Shown piece after piece: positions 8,911 through 19,000 of a DNA stretch of 32,013 bases (positions are counted from its first letter, which is position 1; the number at the start of each line of letters is the position of its first letter). Where the stretch lies: positions 1 to 32,013 of IMG/VR virus record IMGVR_UViG_3300022697_000257. One strand, written 5' to 3'. The position numbers and the translations under genes were made by a program. The notes under the pieces were generated by a model. It did not search any database. It had not been told where the DNA came from and was given only the letters and a program-made list of their open reading frames with translations. This DNA comes from a virus (taxonomy: Duplodnaviria > Caudoviricetes).

Positions 8911-9342
8911 ATGATTCTTTCAGCTCAACAATTATTTTCTGATGACCAGGCGATTACAGCTAGTGCTGACTCAACCAATGTCATCGACTTAGGAGTAGCA
9001 GACACACCTTTCGGTGCTGTTGCTCCATTGAATCGCGATATTGGTAAAGGTGCTAAAGTTCCGATATTAATACAAATAACCGAAGCGTTTGATAATCTAA
9101 CAACGTTAGAAATCAAAATTTCTACTGGTGCTGCTGCTACTTTAGGTACAACTATCATCAGTGAAGTTATCGCTTTAGCTGATTTGGTGGTTGGTAAACA
9201 GATGGTGATTAATGTATTACCTGATGATATCACTGAACGCTATCTTGGTTTAGAGTTCGTGGTTGTTGGTACCACACCTACAGCAGGTAAAGTAACAGCC
9301 GGTATTACCATGGGTGTTCAAACTAACGTTACTGGAGCTTAA
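8911..9342 (+). CDS. Capsid cement protein (Bbp16-like)
   Basis: FSDDQAIT..STNVIDLG..DIGKG..RYLGL..G..TAG pattern. Directly after the major capsid gene, SD AGGAG. Confidence 0.85.
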   Translation: MILSAQQLFSDDQAITASADSTNVIDLGVADTPFGAVAPLNRDIGKGAKVPILIQITEAFDNLTTLEIKISTGAAATLGTTIISEVIALADLVVGKQMVINVLPDDITERYLGLEFVVVGTTPTAGKVTAGITMGVQTNVTGA

Positions 9343-9344
9343 CA

Positions 9345-9368
9345 TTTAGGGGACTTCGGTCCCCTAAA
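9345..9368 (+). terminator. Stable stem-loop after the capsid/cement genes (terminator-like or mRNA-stabilising)
   Basis: TTTAGGGGAC-TTCG-GTCCCCTAAA: 10-bp stem with a cUUCGg tetraloop. No U-tract immediately downstream. Confidence 0.6.
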
Positions 9369-9397
9369 CTACAATCAACATTTTTGGAGTATTAACA

Positions 9398-9772
9398 ATG
9401 CCACAATATAAAGTAGTGTCACCAGGATTTTATAAAGGTCAATATTACCATCCAGAAGGTAAGCGTTCAGTTTTACATGTTGATAATCCTTTTACTGAAA
9501 AAAACCCAATACCCTCTTGGTTGTCAGAAATGCCCAAAGAATCAGAAGCACTCAAAATAAAACGTGAAGCTTTTGAAAAAGCACAGCAAGAATTAAAAGA
9601 TGCTTCTACTGAAGGTGTTGAAGGTGTTGAAGGTGTTGAAGGTGTTGAAGGTGTTGAAGGTGTTGAACTAACTGATGCTGAAAAGCATGAACAAGACCAA
9701 AAAGATATTGCTAATGCTTCGTTTATGGGTGATGGAGAAAAAGCAAATGATAAAGACGTTGAAACAATTTAA
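9398..9772 (+). CDS. Hypothetical head-region protein with (EGV)6 repeat
   Basis: SD GGAG, operon position, acidic C-terminal half. Confidence 0.75.
   Translation: MPQYKVVSPGFYKGQYYHPEGKRSVLHVDNPFTEKNPIPSWLSEMPKESEALKIKREAFEKAQQELKDASTEGVEGVEGVEGVEGVEGVELTDAEKHEQDQKDIANASFMGDGEKANDKDVETI
9611..9667 (+). repeat. Perfect 9-bp tandem repeat (GAAGGTGTT) x6.3, in frame
   Basis: Read directly from the sequence. Confidence 0.97.
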
Positions 9773-9786
9773 CGGAGTGTAATCCA

Positions 9787-10095
9787 ATGCCTAAAGATAA
9801 AGATTTAGTCAAAATCAAAAAAGAAAGTTCATCTCATAATATTAGCATGCATTCCGACGGTGCGTATTACCCCTATGGTACATCCATTAGTGTCGAAGAT
9901 GATATGTTGGACGAGCTTGATTTAAATAACCTCAGCGTTGGTGATGTTGTCGAAGTTAAAGGGTTTGCTTTCGTTGATTCCAAAGACGAACGTAAAAGCA
10001 AGAAATCATCCCGTAAGGAAATTAGATTGCAATTCACTTCTATTAAAATACACCTTGAAGAAGATGACGCTGTAATACAAATGTATGGTGAATAA
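9787..10095 (+). CDS. epsilon15 gp10-like ('staple') protein
   Basis: YPYGTSISVEDDMLDELDL..LSVGDVVEV..A.V...IRLQFTSI resembles the recalled gp10 pattern YPWG..I.L....L..L....VGD.V.V.A.A.V...VELQITDI. Confidence 0.65.
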   Translation: MPKDKDLVKIKKESSSHNISMHSDGAYYPYGTSISVEDDMLDELDLNNLSVGDVVEVKGFAFVDSKDERKSKKSSRKEIRLQFTSIKIHLEEDDAVIQMYGE

Positions 10096-10097
10096 TC

Positions 10098-10754
10098 ATG
10101 GCTAGTGAGGTTGAATTATGTAATCTAGCATTATCTAATATTCGAGCTGGTAGTATTAATTCACTTGATGAATCCAGCGTGCAAGCACAACAATGTAAAT
10201 TAAAATATCCATTTCTGCGAGATAGACTTTTAGCTGAAATACCATGGTCTTTCAATCACAAAATAAACACACTCGCTTTATTAACCACTGATATTTTTAA
10301 TTGGGCTTATGCATATCAATACCCATCTGATTGTTTAAAGATAAATCGTTTAGTTGGTGAATATGAAGAGATAGCAAATGCTGATGCTGATGTAATATCA
10401 AGGCTATTAGATAGTCAATTATTACCAATAAAAGATTTACGAACTCAAATAACTTATGAAATTTTTAATTTTTCTAATAACAAAACAATCGGCACTAACG
10501 AGGCTAATTTAAGAATAGATTATTCAGCTAAAATAACTGACCCTAATTTATTTAGCTCTGATTTTATTATTGCTTTTTCTCATCTGTTATCATCTGAATT
10601 AGCAGTACCATTGATAGGAGTTAAAGAAGGTAGACAATTAAGAATCGATTCTTTGCAAATATACAAATCTTATTTAGATTCAGCCATTGCTAATGATATG
10701 AATGAGCAATATGATAGACCAGCTTTAAGCGAGTTTGAAACAATAAGGAGATAA
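10098..10754 (+). CDS. Tail tubular protein A / adaptor (T7 gp11-like)
   Basis: SEVELCNLALSNI, I.SLDE.S.QA..C, PWSF, WAYAYQYPSDCL. Position before tubular protein B. Confidence 0.85.
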   Translation: MASEVELCNLALSNIRAGSINSLDESSVQAQQCKLKYPFLRDRLLAEIPWSFNHKINTLALLTTDIFNWAYAYQYPSDCLKINRLVGEYEEIANADADVISRLLDSQLLPIKDLRTQITYEIFNFSNNKTIGTNEANLRIDYSAKITDPNLFSSDFIIAFSHLLSSELAVPLIGVKEGRQLRIDSLQIYKSYLDSAIANDMNEQYDRPALSEFETIRR

Positions 10755-10757
10755 TCT

Positions 10758-13532
10758 ATGACACAGATTATCCAACGTAGTTTTACTTCAGGTGAAATAG
10801 CACCAGCGATACAATCCAGAGCTGATATTGTTAAGTATTCAACAGGTTTGAACGTTTGTGAAAACTTTTTAGTATTACCCCAAGGTGGTGTTTATTCTCG
10901 CCCAGGATATAGTTTTAGAGGTGAACAAAGCGATTCATCTAAAAAAGGTAGACTGATACCATTTAGTTTCAACACTCAACAAACATACGTGTTAGTTTTT
11001 GAAGAGTTGAAACTACGAGTAATGAAAAATGGGGGATTTGTTCTAAAACCTTCAATACTGATTTCAGGAGTTACACAAGCAAACCCTGCTGTTATTACTA
11101 CAGCATTCGTGCACACGTTTGTCACAGGTGAAAAAGTCACTGTTACGGGTGTAGTAGGAATGACAGAATTAAACGGTAATACATACACCATCACCGTTTT
11201 AACCACTACCACATTCGAGTTAGATGGTGTTGATAGTACTTCATTTAATCCATGGATATCAGGAGGGTCTGTTCAAAGTAATGGTATTTTTGAATTAGTT
11301 ACTCCTTATACCGAAGCACAGCTACCAAGACTCGCTTACACACAATCAGCGGATATTATGACAATTGTCCATCCTAGTCATGACCCAAGAGATTTAAGCA
11401 GATTAGCCGATGATGATTGGACTCTAGCTGTTAACAATTATGCGTCAACTGTTACCGCGCCTACTTTTGCAGGTTCTACTGTAAAAACAATAACTAATGT
11501 TACACAAGCTAACCCACCAGTGGTAACAGCTACAGCGCACGGCTTCAATACGGGAAATACTGTCGCTATAGCTGCTATAGTGGGTATGACTGAACTTAAT
11601 GGTAACTCATACAAGATAACAATATTAAGTGCTAATACATTTGCATTAAATGGTGAAGATTCTACTTCGTTCGGGGCATATGTTTCTGGAGGTACCGCAA
11701 CTAGAGAAAATAGCGCAACAACAATAGGTTCCGGTTTCGGTACATTTAGTAAAACTTACACTTATGTTGTTACCGCTGTTGATGGTTCGGGTGTGGAATC
11801 ATTAGCTTCGTCACCTGCATCAGTGACTACTGGGTCATTATCTACGACAGGTGGAATAAGATTAACATGGAACACAGTAGCTGGAACTTCTTATTATCGG
11901 GTATATAAAGACCCATCGAATGATACTCAAATTTATGGTTGGATTGGGGATTCTAATAATCTAAACTTTGATGATTATAATTTCCTACCGATAACAAGCG
12001 ATGCACCACCAGAAGATAGACAACCATTTACTGGGGGTGATAATAGACCTGCTGCTGTGAATTATTATCAACAAAGACAAATTTTTGCTAATACCAACAA
12101 CGAACCACAAGCCACCTTTACTACTCAGGTTGCTAATTTTAAATCCTTACGTACATCTAACCCGGCAAGAAGTGATGACGCTATTACTTTCACCATAGCA
12201 GCGCAACAAGTTAATGAAATTAGACACATTATTTCTTTAGATTCCTTGTTGTTATTAACTTCAGGAGGAGAATGGGTTGTTAGTGAAGGACAAGACCGAG
12301 TGTTAACCCCGTCTACAATCGGTGTAAGAATTCAATCTTATAATGGGTCATCATGGGTGAAACCTGTGATTATTAATAGTACTGCATTATATTTACAAGA
12401 AAAAAATGCTCGTATTCGTGATTTGAATTATGAATTTAGTAGTGATAAATATACAGGTAATGATTTATCTTTGATGTCAGAACATTTATTTCAAAATTTT
12501 GAAATTACTGAAATGGCGTATGCAGATGAACCACACGGTATTTTATGGTGCATTCGCAATGACGGTGAATTATTAGGTTTAACATACAAACGTGAACATC
12601 AGGTGTGGGGTTGGCATCGTCATACCACTGATGGCGATTTTGAATCAGTTGCTACCATCAGTGAAGATGGACGTGATGCTGTTTATGTCATAGTGAAACG
12701 TACCATAAATGGTTCAATTAAAAGATATATAGAGCGATTAGAAAAACGTGAAAGTAAAAATTCTGAAGATTGTTTTTATGTAGATTCTGGTTTATCTTAT
12801 GTAGGAGTAACAGCTACAATAACTGGAGCAACACAAGCTGACCCTGTTGTTATTACAACTTCTGCTGCTCACACTTATATCAACAATGATGTTATTCATT
12901 TAGAAAATATAAAAGGAATGACTGAATTAAATGATTTTGATTACACAATTGTTAATGTTACAGCTACAACTTTTGAATTACAAAACGTTGATGGAACTTC
13001 TTTCACTGCTTATACTTCAGGTGGGCTAGCATCAAAAACAGCCACAATCTTATCAGGTCTAGACCACATCGAAGGTAAAGATGTAGCTGTTCTTGCTGAT
13101 GGTAATGTGGTTGATGGTTTAAAGGTTTTATCTGGTTCAGTTACATTATCCAAACCTGCTATAAAAGTTCATATCGGTTTAATCTATACACCTGCTATTG
13201 AGTTACTCGATATTGATGTGGCTTCAACTACAGAGACTTTTAAATCTCAATCGGTTTCGGTTTCTAAAGTAATCATCGAGGTCGAAGCTAGCCGTGGTGG
13301 TTTTGTTGGACCTAGACAAGATGCAACCAGTATTTCATCAATTATATTTCATGAAATTAAACCACGTTTTGATAGTGATGGATATGATACTATTGCACTT
13401 AAAACATACAAACAAGAAGTTATCATTGAACCTTTATGGAGCAAAGGCGGCGGTGTTCGTATTGAGCAAAGGTCACCATTACCATTAGCAATATTATCAG
13501 TGATACCAAGGGTTGATATAGGTGGAAGTTAG
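10758..13532 (+). CDS. Tail tubular protein B / nozzle (T7 gp12-like) with inserted repeat domains
   Basis: QRSFTSGEIAP, N..V.PQGGV..RPG, RLIPF.F, YTQSADIM, YQQRQIFA, EHQVWGWHRH, PLPLAILS. Confidence 0.9.
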   Translation: MTQIIQRSFTSGEIAPAIQSRADIVKYSTGLNVCENFLVLPQGGVYSRPGYSFRGEQSDSSKKGRLIPFSFNTQQTYVLVFEELKLRVMKNGGFVLKPSILISGVTQANPAVITTAFVHTFVTGEKVTVTGVVGMTELNGNTYTITVLTTTTFELDGVDSTSFNPWISGGSVQSNGIFELVTPYTEAQLPRLAYTQSADIMTIVHPSHDPRDLSRLADDDWTLAVNNYASTVTAPTFAGSTVKTITNVTQANPPVVTATAHGFNTGNTVAIAAIVGMTELNGNSYKITILSANTFALNGEDSTSFGAYVSGGTATRENSATTIGSGFGTFSKTYTYVVTAVDGSGVESLASSPASVTTGSLSTTGGIRLTWNTVAGTSYYRVYKDPSNDTQIYGWIGDSNNLNFDDYNFLPITSDAPPEDRQPFTGGDNRPAAVNYYQQRQIFANTNNEPQATFTTQVANFKSLRTSNPARSDDAITFTIAAQQVNEIRHIISLDSLLLLTSGGEWVVSEGQDRVLTPSTIGVRIQSYNGSSWVKPVIINSTALYLQEKNARIRDLNYEFSSDKYTGNDLSLMSEHLFQNFEITEMAYADEPHGILWCIRNDGELLGLTYKREHQVWGWHRHTTDGDFESVATISEDGRDAVYVIVKRTINGSIKRYIERLEKRESKNSEDCFYVDSGLSYVGVTATITGATQADPVVITTSAAHTYINNDVIHLENIKGMTELNDFDYTIVNVTATTFELQNVDGTSFTAYTSGGLASKTATILSGLDHIEGKDVAVLADGNVVDGLKVLSGSVTLSKPAIKVHIGLIYTPAIELLDIDVASTTETFKSQSVSVSKVIIEVEASRGGFVGPRQDATSISSIIFHEIKPRFDSDGYDTIALKTYKQEVIIEPLWSKGGGVRIEQRSPLPLAILSVIPRVDIGGS

Positions 13533-13992
13533 TTTTTTAAAGCCGACAAGTGAATTAATCGATTTAATAGCTGTTGATATGCGACAAGATGACATCAATG
13601 AAATATGGGCTTCAAATCATAGTACACCGATTGAAGCGTTACTTAATGGATGGAAAGTTTCAGACTATTCAATGATATTAACAGTGAATAATGAACCATT
13701 AGTCATGTTGGGTTTAGTAATAAAAGACATATTAACAGGGACTGGTGTTCCTTGGTTACTTAGTACTTGTAACTCATTAAAATACAAGCGTTATTTTATT
13801 ACACAAGTACCTGCTATACTTGATGAAATGCTAAACATTTGTCCAAATTTGTATAACTATGTACATGTTGATAACAAAACCAGCATCAGATGGTTAAAAA
13901 AAATAGGTTTCATTATTGAAAAACCTATAAAATATGGTAGAAATAACGAAATGTTTCATAAATTTCATTTTAAGAGAGTTGATAATGTGTGA
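13522..13992 (+). CDS. GNAT-like internal virion protein (T7 gp13-like)
   Basis: MRQDDINEI, GVPWLL, LYNYVHVDNKTSIRWLKKIGF acetyltransferase-like motif, synteny. Confidence 0.8.
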   Translation: MEVSFLKPTSELIDLIAVDMRQDDINEIWASNHSTPIEALLNGWKVSDYSMILTVNNEPLVMLGLVIKDILTGTGVPWLLSTCNSLKYKRYFITQVPAILDEMLNICPNLYNYVHVDNKTSIRWLKKIGFIIEKPIKYGRNNEMFHKFHFKRVDNV

Positions 13993-14485
13993 CCCCGTAA
14001 CAATATCAGCAGTAGCAATAGTAGCTTCTACAGCAATACAAGCACAAGCACAAACAAAACAAGGGCAATATCGGAAAGGTGTAGCTGATTACAATGCTCG
14101 TGTTGATGAAAATGAAGCACAGAATGTACGTCGAGTTGGTGGAGAAAATGAAAATATCAAACGACAAAAAACAGCCGAATTGTTGTCAAAACAACGTGCT
14201 CAATTAGGGGCATCTGGAGTTGATTTAAGTAGCGGTTCAGCTCTTCAGTTGCAGCAAGATACAGTTGCACTTGGTGAAGCTGATGCATTAAGAATCCGTA
14301 AAAATTTCGAATCACGCGCTCAATCATTAGAAACCGGAGCTGGATTAACACGAAGCCAAGGGGATTTTGCCAAATCCGCTGGTCAAAATGCGGCAATTGG
14401 TACTATTTTAGGTGGTGCCGGAAGTTTCCTTGACACCGGTGTAGCTGATAAATGGTTTGATTCAAATAGTGCTGCTAATAATTAA
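13985..14485 (+). CDS. Internal virion protein (T7 gp14-like, ejected)
   Basis: Re-started at MCDPVT (13985). Hydrophobic N-terminus, QRAQLGASGVDLSSGS motif, Gly/Ala-rich C-terminus. Confidence 0.75.
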   Translation: MCDPVTISAVAIVASTAIQAQAQTKQGQYRKGVADYNARVDENEAQNVRRVGGENENIKRQKTAELLSKQRAQLGASGVDLSSGSALQLQQDTVALGEADALRIRKNFESRAQSLETGAGLTRSQGDFAKSAGQNAAIGTILGGAGSFLDTGVADKWFDSNSAANN

Positions 14486-14494
14486 GGTGATACG

Positions 14495-16096
14495 ATGCCT
14501 AAAATCGCACAATATGAATCAAATCAAGTAGCTAGTCAAGTAGTTTCACAGCCAAAAGCACAAGATGCACCTTCGGGCGCTTTTGGTGCGCCAATCGCTC
14601 AAGGTGTACTCAGCTTAACACAATCAGCTACTGACTTTAAAAACAGAATAGATACCACATCAGCTGAAGAGGCATTGGTTCAATTTGAACGTGACAAAAA
14701 TGATGTTTTTTTTAACCCTGATACTGGTTATTTTAATTCACAGGGTAGAAACGCCTATGATAATTCACAAAATGCTATTAAATCTCTTGATGAATTAAAG
14801 AACAAATATGGTAACACCTTGAGTCCTCAAGCTAAATCAATGTTTGATAATGTGGCTGAAGCTCACATTACCCGGGGACAATTGGATATTTCTCGACACG
14901 CTGCTAAGGGGTTGAAAGCTTGGGAAATTGGAACTCTTGAATCTCAAGTTGAAAACACCATTGAAAACGCTTCTTTATATTGGGCTGATAAAGAGACATT
15001 AAAAATACAAAACATATTAGGTCGTCAAGCAATATTTGATTCATCTAAAATGATGGGGTTAGGATTTGAAGAAACTGCTGAAAAAGTTCAAACTTATGAA
15101 TCAGCGTTTGCTAAATCAACCATAGAAGCGGCCACACAAAATAGCGCAATAGAAGGAAAAGCTGCACTGGAAGAATATGGTAAGAAACTCGAAGGTCCAG
15201 AAAAAGTAAAGATAAACACGTTAATTGAAAGGAAAGAATCAGTTGAAAAAACCAAGTCTGATGCTGTTGCTGCTGTTTCTACTGCTACTAAATTAAACAG
15301 TCAATATGATGACCGTAGTAATATGATTGAAGAAGTTAATAAAATCAAAGATGATGAACTTCGTAAAAAAACAATGTCTGAAACAATGAGTCAGTTTAGC
15401 CGTAAAAAACAAGCTGAATCTGAAGCACGAGCTGATTCATTTGAAGATGCTGAAACCCATATCATCAAAGGTGGTTCATCTGAATCGTTTAAAGCTGATA
15501 ACCCTGAAAAATGGGAAACCTTATCAGCTAAACAACAACGAAGTATAGAATCTGGTATTGTATCAACTACTGATTGGAATGTTTTCAGTGACTTGATGTT
15601 GTTACCAAAAAACAAATTAAAAAAAGTAGACCCAACTGACCACTTTGATAAACTGGCAAAAACCGAAAGAAGTCGTTTAATCAGTGCTGTTAAAAGTGCG
15701 AATGGTACTGGTTCATCTAAAGAAAAAATAGAACACCAAGCAGGAAGAACTAGAACTTCTCAAACCACAGCAGCGGTGGAAACTCTCTTCGGTAAAAAAT
15801 CGAAATGGAATAAGAATAAGCGTGAACAAGCTAATGGGTTTTATTCATTACTTGATGATGAAGTCAACTTTAGAGAATCAGAAAAAGATGGAAAATTAAC
15901 ATCAGAAGAATTTACCAACTTGTTGTCAGGGTTAACCCGAAGTGTTGTTCAAGAGGGGTTTTTATTTGATTCAGAATTAGACTTAACTGATGTTCCTGCT
16001 GATGATGTTCCTACACTGAGTAAATTTTTACGTGACAATAACATCCCTGTAACTTCTGATAATTTAATTAAAGCTTATAAACAAGCGAGTGAATGA
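14495..16096 (+). CDS. Internal virion/ejection protein (gp15 position)
   Basis: MPKIAQY start, helical charged composition, synteny, SD AAGGTG. Confidence 0.65.
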   Translation: MPKIAQYESNQVASQVVSQPKAQDAPSGAFGAPIAQGVLSLTQSATDFKNRIDTTSAEEALVQFERDKNDVFFNPDTGYFNSQGRNAYDNSQNAIKSLDELKNKYGNTLSPQAKSMFDNVAEAHITRGQLDISRHAAKGLKAWEIGTLESQVENTIENASLYWADKETLKIQNILGRQAIFDSSKMMGLGFEETAEKVQTYESAFAKSTIEAATQNSAIEGKAALEEYGKKLEGPEKVKINTLIERKESVEKTKSDAVAAVSTATKLNSQYDDRSNMIEEVNKIKDDELRKKTMSETMSQFSRKKQAESEARADSFEDAETHIIKGGSSESFKADNPEKWETLSAKQQRSIESGIVSTTDWNVFSDLMLLPKNKLKKVDPTDHFDKLAKTERSRLISAVKSANGTGSSKEKIEHQAGRTRTSQTTAAVETLFGKKSKWNKNKREQANGFYSLLDDEVNFRESEKDGKLTSEEFTNLLSGLTRSVVQEGFLFDSELDLTDVPADDVPTLSKFLRDNNIPVTSDNLIKAYKQASE

Positions 16097-19000
16097 TGGC
16101 CCTGGACCTTGACAAAATAGACCTTGGTGGTTTCGGTATTAGTAAAAAAGATGATGAACTTGTTGAATTGAACAATCAAGTTCAATCTAATATGGATGAA
16201 GCACTTAAGATAAACCCAGACCAACATTCTAAAATAACTAAATTAAGTGAACAAACAGGAGTTCCCGAATTTGCTGTGGAATCCAATCCTGATGAAGTTG
16301 AACATGAATTAAAACTCAAGAATATAAACTTTAGTGAAATGTCAGTGCGTAACCCTAATACTGAAAAATACCTAACAGATTTTAATAACTCTATAATCGC
16401 TCAAGATGACATTGACATTCTTAAATCAATAGAAGATGTTTTTGATTTTGGAAAAACTTTTGATAATGTCGGTGAAACAATTCTAACAGGGTTCAGTTTA
16501 CAAGGTGAAGGTTTAAGGTTAGCTGGTGCTGATGTTACGCCCGATAGAATAAAGGATTTGATACCACAGAGCGCAATGCCATTAGGTGTTGCTATGCCTG
16601 GTGAGATTGAAATGATGTCAATGGAACTAGCTGGTAGATTTGGTATCAATACCGATGAAGAATTGCAACAAGCAAGAGAAGAATCTGTTAACTCAATCAT
16701 AACTGAAATCCGTGGACTTCAAGAAAAACGTAAAAAACTAACACCAGAGGATTTAAATCTACTTGAAGAAGGTGTTCGCGCTGGTGTTGAATCACTCGCT
16801 AACATGGCTCCTGGTTTTGGTTTGATGTTATTATCAGGAGGTAGAGCTGCACCATTACTGGCAACTATTGGCACACAAACATTCGTCGGTTCTTATGCAG
16901 AAGGTCGTGCTGATGGTTTAACCCCTGAACAAGCCGCATGGTTCTCCACCATTGATGCTGCTATTGAGGTCGGTACTGAATTGATACCGACTAAGATAAT
17001 TGAAACAATTATCACTGGTAAAAGTAAAGGATTAAAGAAAGAAGCTATAAAATTTATAATACACGAAATGGGTACTGAGCAACTAGCTACATTAGGTCAG
17101 AGTTTAAATTCATACGCTTTCGGTCTTGATAAAGAAATGGAGAATGCTCAGTCAATTGAAGAAATGGTTCAAATTCAACTACGTCGCCAAGCAATAACAG
17201 CTATTGCTACTGTAGTAGCTGGTGGTGCTCAAATCACAGCTGTAACAGGGGTTCGTAAAAGTATCGAATCATTGACTCAGAATGAAACTAAAAAAGAAAA
17301 CAAAGATGACATTGAACAGAATAAAATAAATGAACTCAATGATTTGTCAGAAAAATCGAAACTTCGTGAAAGAGACAAAGAATCATTCAAACAGTTCGTC
17401 GAAGAAGCTGATGGTGAAAACAACACTACTGTATTTATAGATGCTGCTCAAACTTCGTTATATCTACAAAATAAAACAGGTGATGAAATCGAGGCTGATT
17501 TTGCATTAAAATTATTAAATGAACAAGTTCGTGAAGCTTCTGAACTAGGTGTGGACATTCAAATACCTGTTGCTGATTTTGCTGCTGATATCGCGGGCAC
17601 TGAACATTACGCTCAATTGCGTGATAGTATGACAATGAGTGCTGAAACAAATTCTTCATTCAGACAAGAGCAAGTTAAAAAAGACACTGAGACATACGTT
17701 AAAAATCTAATGGATGAAGCCCAGGAGAATGCTAGTCAATATGTTGAAGCTCAGGAGATATATGATACAGTACGTGAACAACTTATTGATAGTGGTACTG
17801 TAACATCCTCGAACGCATCAATAATGGCTCAGATTGTACCTGCTTGGGCCACAGCTCAAGCTACACGACAGGGTAAAACAGTTCAAGAAGTTTATCAAGA
17901 TTCGGGATTGGTCGTTGAAGGCCCACAAACTGGAGAGAAAGCCAGACTCGAAGGCGAGCAAGTGTTGAGTCAAGAAGCTGCATATAAAGAAGCACCTGTT
18001 ATATTTGATAAAGTACGTGACAATTTTCTTGAATTACTACCTGAAGATGCTGAAATCAATGATGTGTTAGATGTTGCTGATGAGTTCGGTCCTGAATACA
18101 GGAGCTTCATCAAAGCATTAGAGCGTGATGATTGGTTAGGTTTCGATTTCCCAAGTCAAGCTATTGATGCTGTTTTATCTGAAGAAATTGAGAATTTTGA
18201 AGTATCGCAAGGTTTGAAAAGTGCAATTGGAAGAATGGTTAATGTAGAATTTTCTACTGGTGATATTGTTACTCGTAACAAAGAACAACTAAAACAAGAA
18301 GGTATAAAAGATGAAACGACTAAACAGCAACTTGAAAGTGGTAGACAACAAAGAGAAGAACAGCAAGTCATTATCGAAGAAACGAAGAATAGAACTGACA
18401 GAGAAGCTTTGGCCGAGTTCAACAAAGCTAAGTCAGGACAACAAGTAACATTCAATCATCGGTCGTTTGATGATTTCAGCAGTTTCAATGATGAGTTATT
18501 AGGTAAAAACACCACAACACCTAGTGCTAATCTTGGTCATTATTTATCAGCTAATGATATTCAAAACAACGAACGTTACGGCAATGAACTAAGTGTGCAT
18601 CAATTTACACTCAAAAACCCATTGGTGGTTAGTGCTAAAGCATTCGAAGAAATCGCTTCTGAAATGACAGTTGAGCAAGCTACTGAACGCCGTCAACAAT
18701 TTATTGATATGGGTCATGACGGAATTTTAATTGAGGGTTTAAATTGGGGTATAGTGTTTGAAGGTTCAACTTTAACTAAACTGGAAGAAACTTTTGAAGA
18801 TATCAGTTTTGAGCAAAAACCAACAAAAACCAAAGAAGCACGAGGATATTACAATCCTGCAAACAGTATCATTCGTTTGACTGAATCAGCTGATTTATCA
18901 ACATTTCTTCATGAGTTCGCACATTTCATGTATGAAATGGAATTAAAAAGTGATACCAACATGATAGAGAGTATCAACAACTGGTATAAAAGAAATGCTG

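Noticed and set aside
13934-13984. N-terminal extension of ORF 13934..14485
   Set aside because: It overlaps the GNAT gene. The family-typical MCDP start is at 13985.
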